Sequence record: MZ443780.1
Strand: one strand, 5' to 3'
Length of the DNA stretch: 64,000 bases
Under the pieces are notes generated by a model. That model was not told the DNA's origin. It saw only the letters and a list, made by a program, of their open reading frames with translations, and did no database searches. The position numbers and the translations under genes were made by a program. Positions 1 to 7,921 of this stretch are shown here, in pieces (position 1 is the first letter of the stretch; every line of letters starts with the position of its first letter).

Positions 1-762
1 CATTCCCCATGTAGGAGCAGACACGCCTGGAGTACCACCAGTGATAGGATGATACAAGTTTTGTGTGCCCCAGTAGATAGAGAAGAAAGTGCCGCCTGAG
101 TTGTTGAAGTTGATATTCCTATATGTGACTGCGTACTGCAACCTGTTAGCTGGGATGCCGTTGGCACCCATAACAATGTTACCGTTGCTCGACCATGAAT
201 ACGAAGGACCAGCGACGTTAGTGAACGAGTCCAATGTCTCGGGGTACACAAATACACCCATATTGGTTGTATACATGTTGTTGCCCTGCTGACCGTTAAG
301 CTGCCCGTTAGCAAGAATATTCAGTGTGCGGTCAACACCGTATGCAGCTCTCGCTTGCGGTACACTCTCACCAGACGGCACAGTAATCATACCGAGAGTA
401 TCACTCAGATTGAGAGCAAACTGACGTTCCATGTATCGGTAGCTGGGCATGGTAGGTTGGTTCACAGGAGCAAGTGTTCCTGATACCGTACCGTTATTGC
501 TGGCATACGTATGGCTGACCAAACGAGTGTGTAACCAGCGGCGTGTACCATCAGCACTGACACCGGCTGCAGGGTTAAGCGGAATCTCTCCGTTTGTCGG
601 ATAGTCTCTGGCGCTCGTCACAGATTTTTCAGCACACAACTTAACGAACCCGTTCCATGTCAAAGTGCCCATGTCTGGCTTAGGCGTGGACGCTTCGAAC
701 AGGAACAGGCTTCGTTCTATCATATGCTTTTGAGCGGTACGTTTTGACGGCACAAAAAGCAT
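1..762 (-). CDS. Probable virion/fibre protein, partial (runs off the left edge)
   Basis: Hand-translated open frame from ATG at 762 (MLFVPSKRTAQKH...) to the window edge with no stop; SD-like AGGTAGGTGG upstream; Gly/Asn/Thr-rich. Absent from the ORF track because it has no stop in the window. Confidence 0.7.
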   Translation of the reverse strand, partial: MLFVPSKRTAQKHMIERSLFLFEASTPKPDMGTLTWNGFVKLCAEKSVTSARDYPTNGEIPLNPAAGVSADGTRRWLHTRLVSHTYASNNGTVSGTLAPVNQPTMPSYRYMERQFALNLSDTLGMITVPSGESVPQARAAYGVDRTLNILANGQLNGQQGNNMYTTNMGVFVYPETLDSFTNVAGPSYSWSSNGNIVMGANGIPANRLQYAVTYRNINFNNSGGTFFSIYWGTQNLYHPITGGTPGVSAPTWGM

Positions 763-774
763 ATGCCACCTACC

Positions 775-1371
775 TTAGTACAGAATGACAGTACCAGACT
801 GCGCACTATCAAACGTGATGGTGAGCTGGCTGTTGCTGTCATGTACGATTGACTTAGGTTGAACCTCTTCCGTACCCTGATAGATGCGCACCGCTGGGTG
901 ATAGCCGAGGTTGTGAGTAACAACCCACACAGCTTCATCAGTGAATGATGTGGTGAACGCTACGGTAGGAGTAGGCAGACCGCTTTCGATACCAGACAGA
1001 AGCACAGCAGTACCGGCAACGGGTTCAGGGAACAGCACGATAGTCGTGTTTGCATCCTGAGCTTTGATGGAGGAAGGCTGAACCACTTCGCCATTTTCGT
1101 CGTAGCACTGCACGATAGGCGTAGCAGTATTCATGTTGTGGGCAATTTCCCAGCGAGATGACGCAGATGCCTGAGCATAACGGTACATCGTCATTTGCTG
1201 CGTCAGTGGCACCCAGATAGGCAGAGTTTCGAACTCAACACAGAACATAAGACGCTTGTCCATGAAGATTGCCATGCCGGGCTGCGGGTTCTCAGGCCAG
1301 TCAGTTACTTCTGCGAACTTAAAGTTCTTGATTGAGCCGAACGCTAAGTCTAAGCTCCCGATGACTTTCAT
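775..1371 (-). CDS. Fibre/whisker-associated structural protein with two W-x-x-x-H-N-[LM] beta modules
   Basis: Track ORF 775..1413; the real start is probably MKVIGS at 1371 (AGGAG upstream, and the extra 5' part is a terminator). N-terminus resembles that of 1440..3068. Confidence 0.7.
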   Translation of the reverse strand: MKVIGSLDLAFGSIKNFKFAEVTDWPENPQPGMAIFMDKRLMFCVEFETLPIWVPLTQQMTMYRYAQASASSRWEIAHNMNTATPIVQCYDENGEVVQPSSIKAQDANTTIVLFPEPVAGTAVLLSGIESGLPTPTVAFTTSFTDEAVWVVTHNLGYHPAVRIYQGTEEVQPKSIVHDSNSQLTITFDSAQSGTVILY

Positions 1372-1390
1372 AAATCTTCTCCTGAAAGGT

Positions 1391-1418
1391 AAAAAGGGCA
1401 GGCAGATGCCCACCCTTT
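1391..1418 (-). terminator. Intrinsic terminator
   Basis: Minus strand AAAGGGTGGGC-ATCT-GCCTGCCCTTTTT, just after the stop of 1440..3068. Confidence 0.75.
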
Positions 1419-1439
1419 ATTTTATGCTACTGAGTCGAA

Positions 1440-3068
1440 TTACGCTTCTGGTTCAACGTAGGCGTTAGTACCAGTCACGAAAGCAATTGCGACTTTCTTA
1501 GCAGTAGTCAGCTCAACGCGCAGGCTGTTTGCGTCGATGAACACGATCTCATCAGGAATGATCTGATAGCCGGTGTCGTCAACAACAGTAACGGTACCGT
1601 ACTTCACGCCAGCGTTGTGGGTGAAGGTATGCGCTGTAGCAGCAACATCACCGCTAGCGGTTTTGTCGTACTGATACAGTTTAGCAGCGGCACCACCAGC
1701 AGAAGCTGCGATAGCGTCGTCAACGTATTTCTTGGACGGAACGCTGGTATCTGTCAGCGGGTCGGTACCAGTCAGGGTCAGCGCTTCGACAGAACCACCA
1801 GTCGCGTCGATGAAGCCACCAGCAGTTTTAACCGCAGCAACGTCAACAGCGATTTTGCTATTGGTAGTGTCTTGTTTCAGGCCATCACCCAGAGCGGCCG
1901 CAGCAATCTGAGTGTAGCCAACGCCACCATCAGCAATCGCCAGACCGTCTACAGAACGTGCCAGAGTTGCACCGTCCAGTTTAACGCGAGTAGAACCGGC
2001 GTTATCTTCCAGACCGCCAGCAGCATCCAGCTTCGCAGTTACAGCGTTAGAGGTGATCTGAATACCAGCACCAACAACGACGTTAACAACGTTACCAGAT
2101 TTGTTCAGACCGTCACCGGCGTTGAACTCAGAGGCACCACCGAAGGTAGTCCAAACAGTGCCGTCAAAGCGACGATACTCTTTGATATCTTTGATCCACG
2201 TTACAGCGCCACCAGCTTCGCTGTCAGTCGGGTCAAACACGATCTTGAACGCAGTACCATCGTAGCGCACGATCATGTTATCAACCAGACCGGTGATGCT
2301 ACCGAAGTTCGGGTTGATCTGGTCAGCAGCCAGAATCAGGTACTGCTTGCCAGCTACCAGCTCTGGGTCAAGAGTGCCGTCCTGCTGGATAGCGTCAGAG
2401 TCGTGCAGCCAGTCGATGCCAGCAATCGCGTTTTCGATATCGATCTTACGGGCAGCATCGTTCGGGTTAGCTGGAGCAGCCAGGTTAGCAACGGTGTTAC
2501 CGTTAGCATCGAGGTCACCAGACAGTTGGCCGTTAGCCGCGTTCAGCTTGCCGCCCAGAGCAGTTTCGTTTGCGTTAGCTTTGTTGCTAACAGCAGTGAT
2601 CTGCGACTGGATGTTAGAGCTTGCACCGGACAGATAGCCCAGTTCAGCAGCAGTGACGTTTGAGGTTTGCAGTTCGCTGTCAGCGCCCGCGATAACAACG
2701 CCGTTCTCGGTCAGGCCTGTGATTTTGTCTTGCTTGGTAGAAACAACGGTTTCAACGTGTTTCTTAGAAACAGCAGCGTTGTCAGCAGAAGCAGACTGGT
2801 CAGGACCAGACAGTTCGAGGTCAGCGGTCATCGCCACTGTACCGTCTGCGAGGATAACACCCTCTACAGAACCGCCGCCAGTGCCGAACTCTTTGATTAC
2901 AGTACCGTCGAAGAATTTGTACTTCTTATCGGTGCTGTTATACCAGATACGCGCTTCTTGTGATGCGACCAGATCGCCAACCAGTGGGTCAGTTGCCAGA
3001 ACTTCTGGACGGAAGTTCTTGATCTGTGCGCCTAACATTAAGTCAAGATTACCAGTACGCATTGTCAT
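1440..3068 (-). CDS. Tail/whisker fibre protein
   Basis: 542 aa, Ala/Gly/Asp/Thr-rich; DAARKxD and VSKKYVD fibre-type motifs; AGDGL-type repeats; C-terminal THNAG module. Confidence 0.75.
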   Translation of the reverse strand: MTMRTGNLDLMLGAQIKNFRPEVLATDPLVGDLVASQEARIWYNSTDKKYKFFDGTVIKEFGTGGGSVEGVILADGTVAMTADLELSGPDQSASADNAAVSKKHVETVVSTKQDKITGLTENGVVIAGADSELQTSNVTAAELGYLSGASSNIQSQITAVSNKANANETALGGKLNAANGQLSGDLDANGNTVANLAAPANPNDAARKIDIENAIAGIDWLHDSDAIQQDGTLDPELVAGKQYLILAADQINPNFGSITGLVDNMIVRYDGTAFKIVFDPTDSEAGGAVTWIKDIKEYRRFDGTVWTTFGGASEFNAGDGLNKSGNVVNVVVGAGIQITSNAVTAKLDAAGGLEDNAGSTRVKLDGATLARSVDGLAIADGGVGYTQIAAAALGDGLKQDTTNSKIAVDVAAVKTAGGFIDATGGSVEALTLTGTDPLTDTSVPSKKYVDDAIAASAGGAAAKLYQYDKTASGDVAATAHTFTHNAGVKYGTVTVVDDTGYQIIPDEIVFIDANSLRVELTTAKKVAIAFVTGTNAYVEPEA

Positions 3069-3086
3069 TCTCCTGAGTGCGTGGGA

Positions 3087-3830
3087 TTAGAAGAAGTTAC
3101 TCTCGCAGTCATCAAGGCTGCAACGCAGTGCTTGATACGCAGTGATTCGTTCTTCCGTTAGATTGATATACTTATCATCAATATTGTACTTCACTCTGAC
3201 AGGCACATCGTACCCGTCGAGTAGGCCGTGTCGTTGATACACTTCAAGGCGAAGTACCGGTGCGCTGACCTGTCCGTGTTCCATGATGTTCAGGTCAATT
3301 TTGTCGGCGTAGATGAACGGACGCTCTCGCTTACACATGATGTAATCTATCTCATGCAAATTAAAGAGTGTGAAATTCATATAGCCAATAATGAACTCCG
3401 CAATCAGCCTGAATGTCTCCGACATGTCAGACCGAAACTGTTGTGTGAGAATCAGGTCAACGTGCGGTCGTATCGCTACGCGCATGTCATACCAACTCTC
3501 ACAGAACAGCGCTGGGAAGTCTTCCGGGTGATGGGCCATAAGACCCAACACATCGTTTTCCGTATCTGCGAAAGAGCTTAGGATCTCAGTGGCATCCTCA
3601 TCTGTCTGAATGCCACAACCAGTTGAAATAAAACGACGCTCAATGTCTCTCAACCAAGACTCTGATGCAGATAGGTATTGAAGCAGTGTTTCTCGTGCGG
3701 CAGCCGTGAACTCATGCCTGTTAGAGTCAAGGACTTCTCCAAGCATAAAGGCTTTCGCTTTGTAGAAATCACTATAGCGTTCGGCAGTAAATCGTCTGAA
3801 CCCTATGTTATTCTTCAAATAGCCCATCAT
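3087..3830 (-). CDS. Hypothetical protein (247 aa)
   Basis: Long ORF with a 4-nt overlap to the upstream gene; no recognisable motif. Confidence 0.7.
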   Translation of the reverse strand: MMGYLKNNIGFRRFTAERYSDFYKAKAFMLGEVLDSNRHEFTAAARETLLQYLSASESWLRDIERRFISTGCGIQTDEDATEILSSFADTENDVLGLMAHHPEDFPALFCESWYDMRVAIRPHVDLILTQQFRSDMSETFRLIAEFIIGYMNFTLFNLHEIDYIMCKRERPFIYADKIDLNIMEHGQVSAPVLRLEVYQRHGLLDGYDVPVRVKYNIDDKYINLTEERITAYQALRCSLDDCESNFF

Positions 3831-4345
3831 CGCAATGCCCTCAAATCATTCAACTCCGTGTTGCCTTGAGCATTCGGGGTTGTATAAAGAGAACTGGATA
3901 TGCTCTGCAATCGCAGACCGAGCTTCTCAAGTTCCTGCTGGTTCCCGCCCAACTTATCAAGCACTTCGCGCATAAGGTCGACTGAGCTTTGATGGTCACG
4001 GGACTGCTGAGAGATGATACGTTCAAAGCGCTGCATCGCACGAAGAACAGAGTTCAAGCCCTCTTTCATATCCAAATTATCGACTGGCGCGGAGTCGGAG
4101 ATTGCTTGAATCATCCGCATCATTTGCGCCAAGTCGGCTTGCAGCAGACCATCATCTGGATTGATAGTGGCCGCTGCTGCTTCCAGCTCTGCGTTCCGCG
4201 ACTTCAACTGCTCCAGCTCCTCAAGCTGAGGAAGCAGTTTCAACCAAACGTAGGCACCGCCCGCGATTAGTAGAACAACAGAGAAGACAGTCGCGTAGTT
4301 GGACGCAAGCAACTTGTCTAAAATATCCGCCCACATTATATTCAA
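3827..4345 (-). CDS. Single-pass membrane protein with coiled coil (holin-like or inner-membrane component, unresolved)
   Basis: Hydrophobic segment YATVFSVVLLIAGGAYVWL followed by heptad-like helical sequence. Confidence 0.6.
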   Translation of the reverse strand: MNIMWADILDKLLASNYATVFSVVLLIAGGAYVWLKLLPQLEELEQLKSRNAELEAAAATINPDDGLLQADLAQMMRMIQAISDSAPVDNLDMKEGLNSVLRAMQRFERIISQQSRDHQSSVDLMREVLDKLGGNQQELEKLGLRLQSISSSLYTTPNAQGNTELNDLRALR

Positions 4346-4626
4346 CCCTTACAGGTGTTATCGTTCAGGTCGACGATGACCCGTTCGGCACCTGGTTCGT
4401 TTACGTCAGTGGTTTTGTACGTGTGCGCCATCCGAGGCTTGAACTCTAAGCAGCTTTGCCCGTAACGACCATCGACAACGCAAATGGCCGACAAGCAACT
4501 GACATCTTCCTTGAGAATTAAGTTTTCAGGAGATTGGTTAACACTCCTAACAGCAGTGATCACGAAACCCACCACAGCGAGAGAAATGACAACCACAATG
4601 GCAATCCTAATTCGCTTGGCTTGCAT
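4342..4626 (-). CDS. Small membrane-anchored, Cys-containing periplasmic protein
   Basis: Basic N-terminus (KRIR), hydrophobic helix IAIVVVISLAVVGFVITAV, four Cys downstream; GAGGT SD. Confidence 0.65.
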   Translation of the reverse strand: MQAKRIRIAIVVVISLAVVGFVITAVRSVNQSPENLILKEDVSCLSAICVVDGRYGQSCLEFKPRMAHTYKTTDVNEPGAERVIVDLNDNTCKG

Positions 4627-4661
4627 TTCGGTTTCTACCTCATGGTCCTTTTATATGACTG

Positions 4662-4669
4662 AAATTAGC
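4662..4669 (-). promoter_or_regulatory. Candidate late promoter motif GCTAATTT
   Basis: Same 8-mer at five gene junctions, 25-43 nt before a start codon. Confidence 0.5.
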
Positions 4670-4690
4670 GAACCACTTGAATAAAGGAGG

Positions 4691-5716
4691 TCATTCCTCC
4701 AATACTCCGCTAATCTCCGAGAACATATTTTTGTACACTAAGGAACCATCTAGCTTGTCCAGTCTAGCAACGAGAACATACAGTCTGGGTGACGTGCGGA
4801 TATTAGCCCACGTCTTCTCATTACGGTCAAGTCCACCAAGCATCGGGACAATGACTATGCTGAGATTTTTGTTTGCCCTGACAAAGCCTACGTCAATGTG
4901 CTTCCTGTTTATACTTCTGAACAGCCTGTTGATTGCGTCCAAACCCACAGGCCGATTAAATTCCGTATCACTGACTGTATTGACTAAGCTGATGAGTATC
5001 CCTTTGTCCTTACCCTCGATCTCAAACAACGCAGCTTTCAGGTCAGCAACCGTCGAAGCGGAGAAGTATGAAACATCGTGGTTATAGTCCTTGAGACAAC
5101 TGCCAAGCGCACGGGCAGATTCGATATGCGCAGCATTGTCATCTCTAAGGATATACACAGGAGCGTCTGCTTGGTAAGTCCGAGCAGTCATGAGATTGAT
5201 AAGATCACAAGAGGGCTTGCCTACTGTGGCTAAGCCCTTATTTGCAATGAAAAACTTATCTTTATACACATCGTAAATGTTTGGTGGCATGTACTTCATG
5301 TAATCATCGTCCAGACTAAGAATCATTCGAGGCTTAGTTAACTGGACGACGAGTTGCATACTACGAAGCGATGCCCTATATTCCGTATCAGACAGAACTC
5401 GACTAATCGGAAGGTATTGTACGACAACGAATCGGTCATCAATCGAATCGACAACCGAACGTATGAGCGTACTGCCTAGCGATGGTCCGGCAGAGAATTG
5501 GGTAACGAGCATCAAGCTATCTTCAACTAAGCCTTTAGACTCTGACAGCGTGATACCGTTACCCGTTTGCTTTACCGAACGCTCCCACGTTATTGTGGGG
5601 TCGTCTCGCTGATCGGCATGTACATCAATTGCGCTACACCAGAGACAGGCTCCAAGAATGTAAGCAGCAATACGTTGTCTGGATCTGCTTCTGCCGGGTT
5701 GACGGTTTCCGGCCAT
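4691..5716 (-). CDS. Exported protein with signal peptide; possibly periplasmic-binding-protein-like fold
   Basis: Strong SD GAGGAG; basic n-region, hydrophobic IAAYILGACLWCSAI, VHA|DQ cleavage-like site; alternating alpha/beta pattern reminiscent of ABC substrate-binding domains (impression only). Confidence 0.6.
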   Translation of the reverse strand: MAGNRQPGRSRSRQRIAAYILGACLWCSAIDVHADQRDDPTITWERSVKQTGNGITLSESKGLVEDSLMLVTQFSAGPSLGSTLIRSVVDSIDDRFVVVQYLPISRVLSDTEYRASLRSMQLVVQLTKPRMILSLDDDYMKYMPPNIYDVYKDKFFIANKGLATVGKPSCDLINLMTARTYQADAPVYILRDDNAAHIESARALGSCLKDYNHDVSYFSASTVADLKAALFEIEGKDKGILISLVNTVSDTEFNRPVGLDAINRLFRSINRKHIDVGFVRANKNLSIVIVPMLGGLDRNEKTWANIRTSPRLYVLVARLDKLDGSLVYKNMFSEISGVLEE

Positions 5717-6414
5717 AGGACTTCTCCTCTCTCGTCAGTGACGTAAGGAATGCCTGCCCCTTTGCCCAATCCATGACGCAAAGCCCATACTGTGTCGGCA
5801 TTCTCTTGCACAAACACAAGCCCTTTAACCGTTGCCTCGCCAGTCGCGTTTTCCAGTGCAGTGACGCGCGAAGTAAGTAACTGTGCGTCAGACTGAATAG
5901 TTCGAATCGCAGCGAGGTTCGAGTTAACGCGCTGGTTCATGTTGTTAAACATGGTGAAGAACGAGTTGTTCATCGCCGTGCGAACGCCGTCCGTATAGGA
6001 CTTAGGAATCAGCTCATCGTTGTCAAACGTTGTCACGCCTGTACGAACGAGAACTTTACCGGTAAGACGTCCACCACTTGCGCTGATAATCTGAGGCGCT
6101 GGCAAATCAGCTTCGTCCCAGACTTGAACAGTGGTCATCACCGTGTTGTAGTCAGTCTCTTCCTGCCACGTATTTTTGTACGGAGCAGTAGCAGTCTTAG
6201 ACTTACGGCGCAGAACTTTTTTATAGTTAGCGCTCGTGCCGTCTGCGATAATCCAGAGACCGTTCAGTGGAAAGACATGCGTAACAGGTTCGGCGAACGC
6301 TAAGATGATCATAACGTCTGCGCTTACCTTGTACACGATATTGTTCGACGCTGACAGACCTTGCTGCTGGGCAAGACTAATCAACGTGTCCACGTAGTTA
6401 GTCAACTGGCTCAT
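5590..6414 (-). CDS. Fibre-associated structural protein (short coiled coil plus C-terminal W-x-x-x-H-G-L-G module)
   Basis: LSASGGRLTG and KSYTDG fibre motifs, heptad segment, module shared with 775..1371 and 1440..3068. Confidence 0.7.
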   Translation of the reverse strand: MSQLTNYVDTLISLAQQQGLSASNNIVYKVSADVMIILAFAEPVTHVFPLNGLWIIADGTSANYKKVLRRKSKTATAPYKNTWQEETDYNTVMTTVQVWDEADLPAPQIISASGGRLTGKVLVRTGVTTFDNDELIPKSYTDGVRTAMNNSFFTMFNNMNQRVNSNLAAIRTIQSDAQLLTSRVTALENATGEATVKGLVFVQENADTVWALRHGLGKGAGIPYVTDERGEVLWPETVNPAEADPDNVLLLTFLEPVSGVAQLMYMPISETTPQ

Positions 6415-6883
6415 CCGAGACTCCTAACGTTTTAAGAAGGGTAGAACTTGAATCGGAGAAGGCCTTAGCAATAAGTTTGGCAGCAGCCTTATCGACGACG
6501 AGAGTGCTGATACGCCCTTTTGTATTGCACACGATAGTCTGTGGCGAATACTGCGCGAGAGCAAGGGCGAATAGCAGATGATTACCCAAGTCACCAGAGA
6601 TACTCACTTCAACGTCCAGTTCAGGCACGTAGACATTCTGGTTAATTGTGGCAACAAACTGCGCCAGCACTTCCGGGTCGTGCTCAGGAGGCGCTGTATC
6701 ATATCCTGCTACAAGATCAATCTGACCAGTAGCAGGGTCGTATGCGAAAGCTGATGGGTCACCGAGGATGCGACTGAATAGCTCGTCACTTACCTCGATG
6801 CAGTCATCGTCTGTCTTCTCACGCACACGGCCGACAATCGAGTTATCGGCACGGTTGATTCTGATAATCGGCATATTAATCAC
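6398..6883 (-). CDS. Hypothetical protein, possible fibre assembly chaperone
   Basis: 161 aa directly after a collagen fibre gene; position-based guess. Confidence 0.55.
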   Translation of the reverse strand: MINMPIIRINRADNSIVGRVREKTDDDCIEVSDELFSRILGDPSAFAYDPATGQIDLVAGYDTAPPEHDPEVLAQFVATINQNVYVPELDVEVSISGDLGNHLLFALALAQYSPQTIVCNTKGRISTLVVDKAAAKLIAKAFSDSSSTLLKTLGVSDEPVD

Positions 6884-7697
6884 CTACCGCTGTGTACCAG
6901 AAGTCCCAGCCAGCAGTGTTAGTGCCAGTAGACTTAATGGTGAAGCCACCTAACAAGGCGTTCTCATTCATCGCGCTAGTACCATCCAAGTTGTAGAGCG
7001 TGTATGTCTTCGCTTGGTTGAGTGCAGCATTCACAAACGTAATCTGAATGCTGATACAGCGGTTGATGAATGCCGTGTTAAACACAACGTGAATTGTGTC
7101 TGTGGTTGATGCGTTCACGACTCGACCCATGTTATGAGTAAAGCCAGTGTTCATATCACGGTTGCTGCCAACCCATGCGTTAGGGATAACAGCACCAGTC
7201 ACAGGGTTCAGTGCTTGCGATACACGATACTCGTCGATAGCAGCATCACGACCTGGGCTACCGGTAGGACCAGTAGCGCCAGTAGGCCCAACAGCGCCTG
7301 TGTTGCCAGTAGCGCCTACAGGACCCGTGTTGCCAGTAGGACCGTTGCGGCCACGCGGACCACGAGGGCCCGGGCAACCGTCTTCACCGTCACGGCCATC
7401 GCGTCCGTCAGCTCCGGGAAGACCGCGTAAGCCTTCTTTACCCTGCTTACCTTCGCGGCCAGATTTAAGCTGGTCAGCAGTGGGAAGACCTAGAACGTTT
7501 GATTGACTACCGTCAGGCCAGATGATCGTTAGCGTACCAGTAGTCGTATCGAACTGCGCACCCTGAGAGCCGGGAATCTTTGCAGCTTCTGCTGGGTCGA
7601 TAAACGCAACAGCAGTGGCCGTCTTCTTACCTAACACTTTACCAATGGGGTCAGTGCCACCGTCGATAAGTGCAGGATTAATCTTCGTAAGAGACAT
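6876..7697 (-). CDS. Collagen-like fibre protein
   Basis: Continuous G-X-Y run of about 24 triplets; C-terminal VVFNTAFINRCISIQIT beta domain typical of fibre tips. Confidence 0.85.
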   Translation of the reverse strand: MSLTKINPALIDGGTDPIGKVLGKKTATAVAFIDPAEAAKIPGSQGAQFDTTTGTLTIIWPDGSQSNVLGLPTADQLKSGREGKQGKEGLRGLPGADGRDGRDGEDGCPGPRGPRGRNGPTGNTGPVGATGNTGAVGPTGATGPTGSPGRDAAIDEYRVSQALNPVTGAVIPNAWVGSNRDMNTGFTHNMGRVVNASTTDTIHVVFNTAFINRCISIQITFVNAALNQAKTYTLYNLDGTSAMNENALLGGFTIKSTGTNTAGWDFWYTAVGD

Positions 7698-7708
7698 GGG
7701 CTAAACTC

Positions 7709-7912
7709 CTAACCAGTCAGTGTTGTCCAATCAGGTTGTCCCGATTGTCCGGCTTCTGGGTTTTTGACTTTCGTGTTATTGACAGTCATACGAATCCAAC
7801 GCACACTGCCGTCAGAATCTTGCCACCGGACTTTCGTTCCACCGTATGCTAAATTAGCTACCCATCTGTCTCTGCTCGGGTCTTTGAATGCTAAACGTGC
7901 ATAAGCTGGCAT
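7709..7912 (-). CDS. Small Trp-rich fibre adaptor-like protein (67 aa)
   Basis: Fits the gap between genes with an SD (GGAG); resembles the N-terminus of 10844..12868. Confidence 0.65.
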   Translation of the reverse strand: MPAYARLAFKDPSRDRWVANLAYGGTKVRWQDSDGSVRWIRMTVNNTKVKNPEAGQSGQPDWTTLTG

Positions 7913-7921
7913 AAGCTCTCC

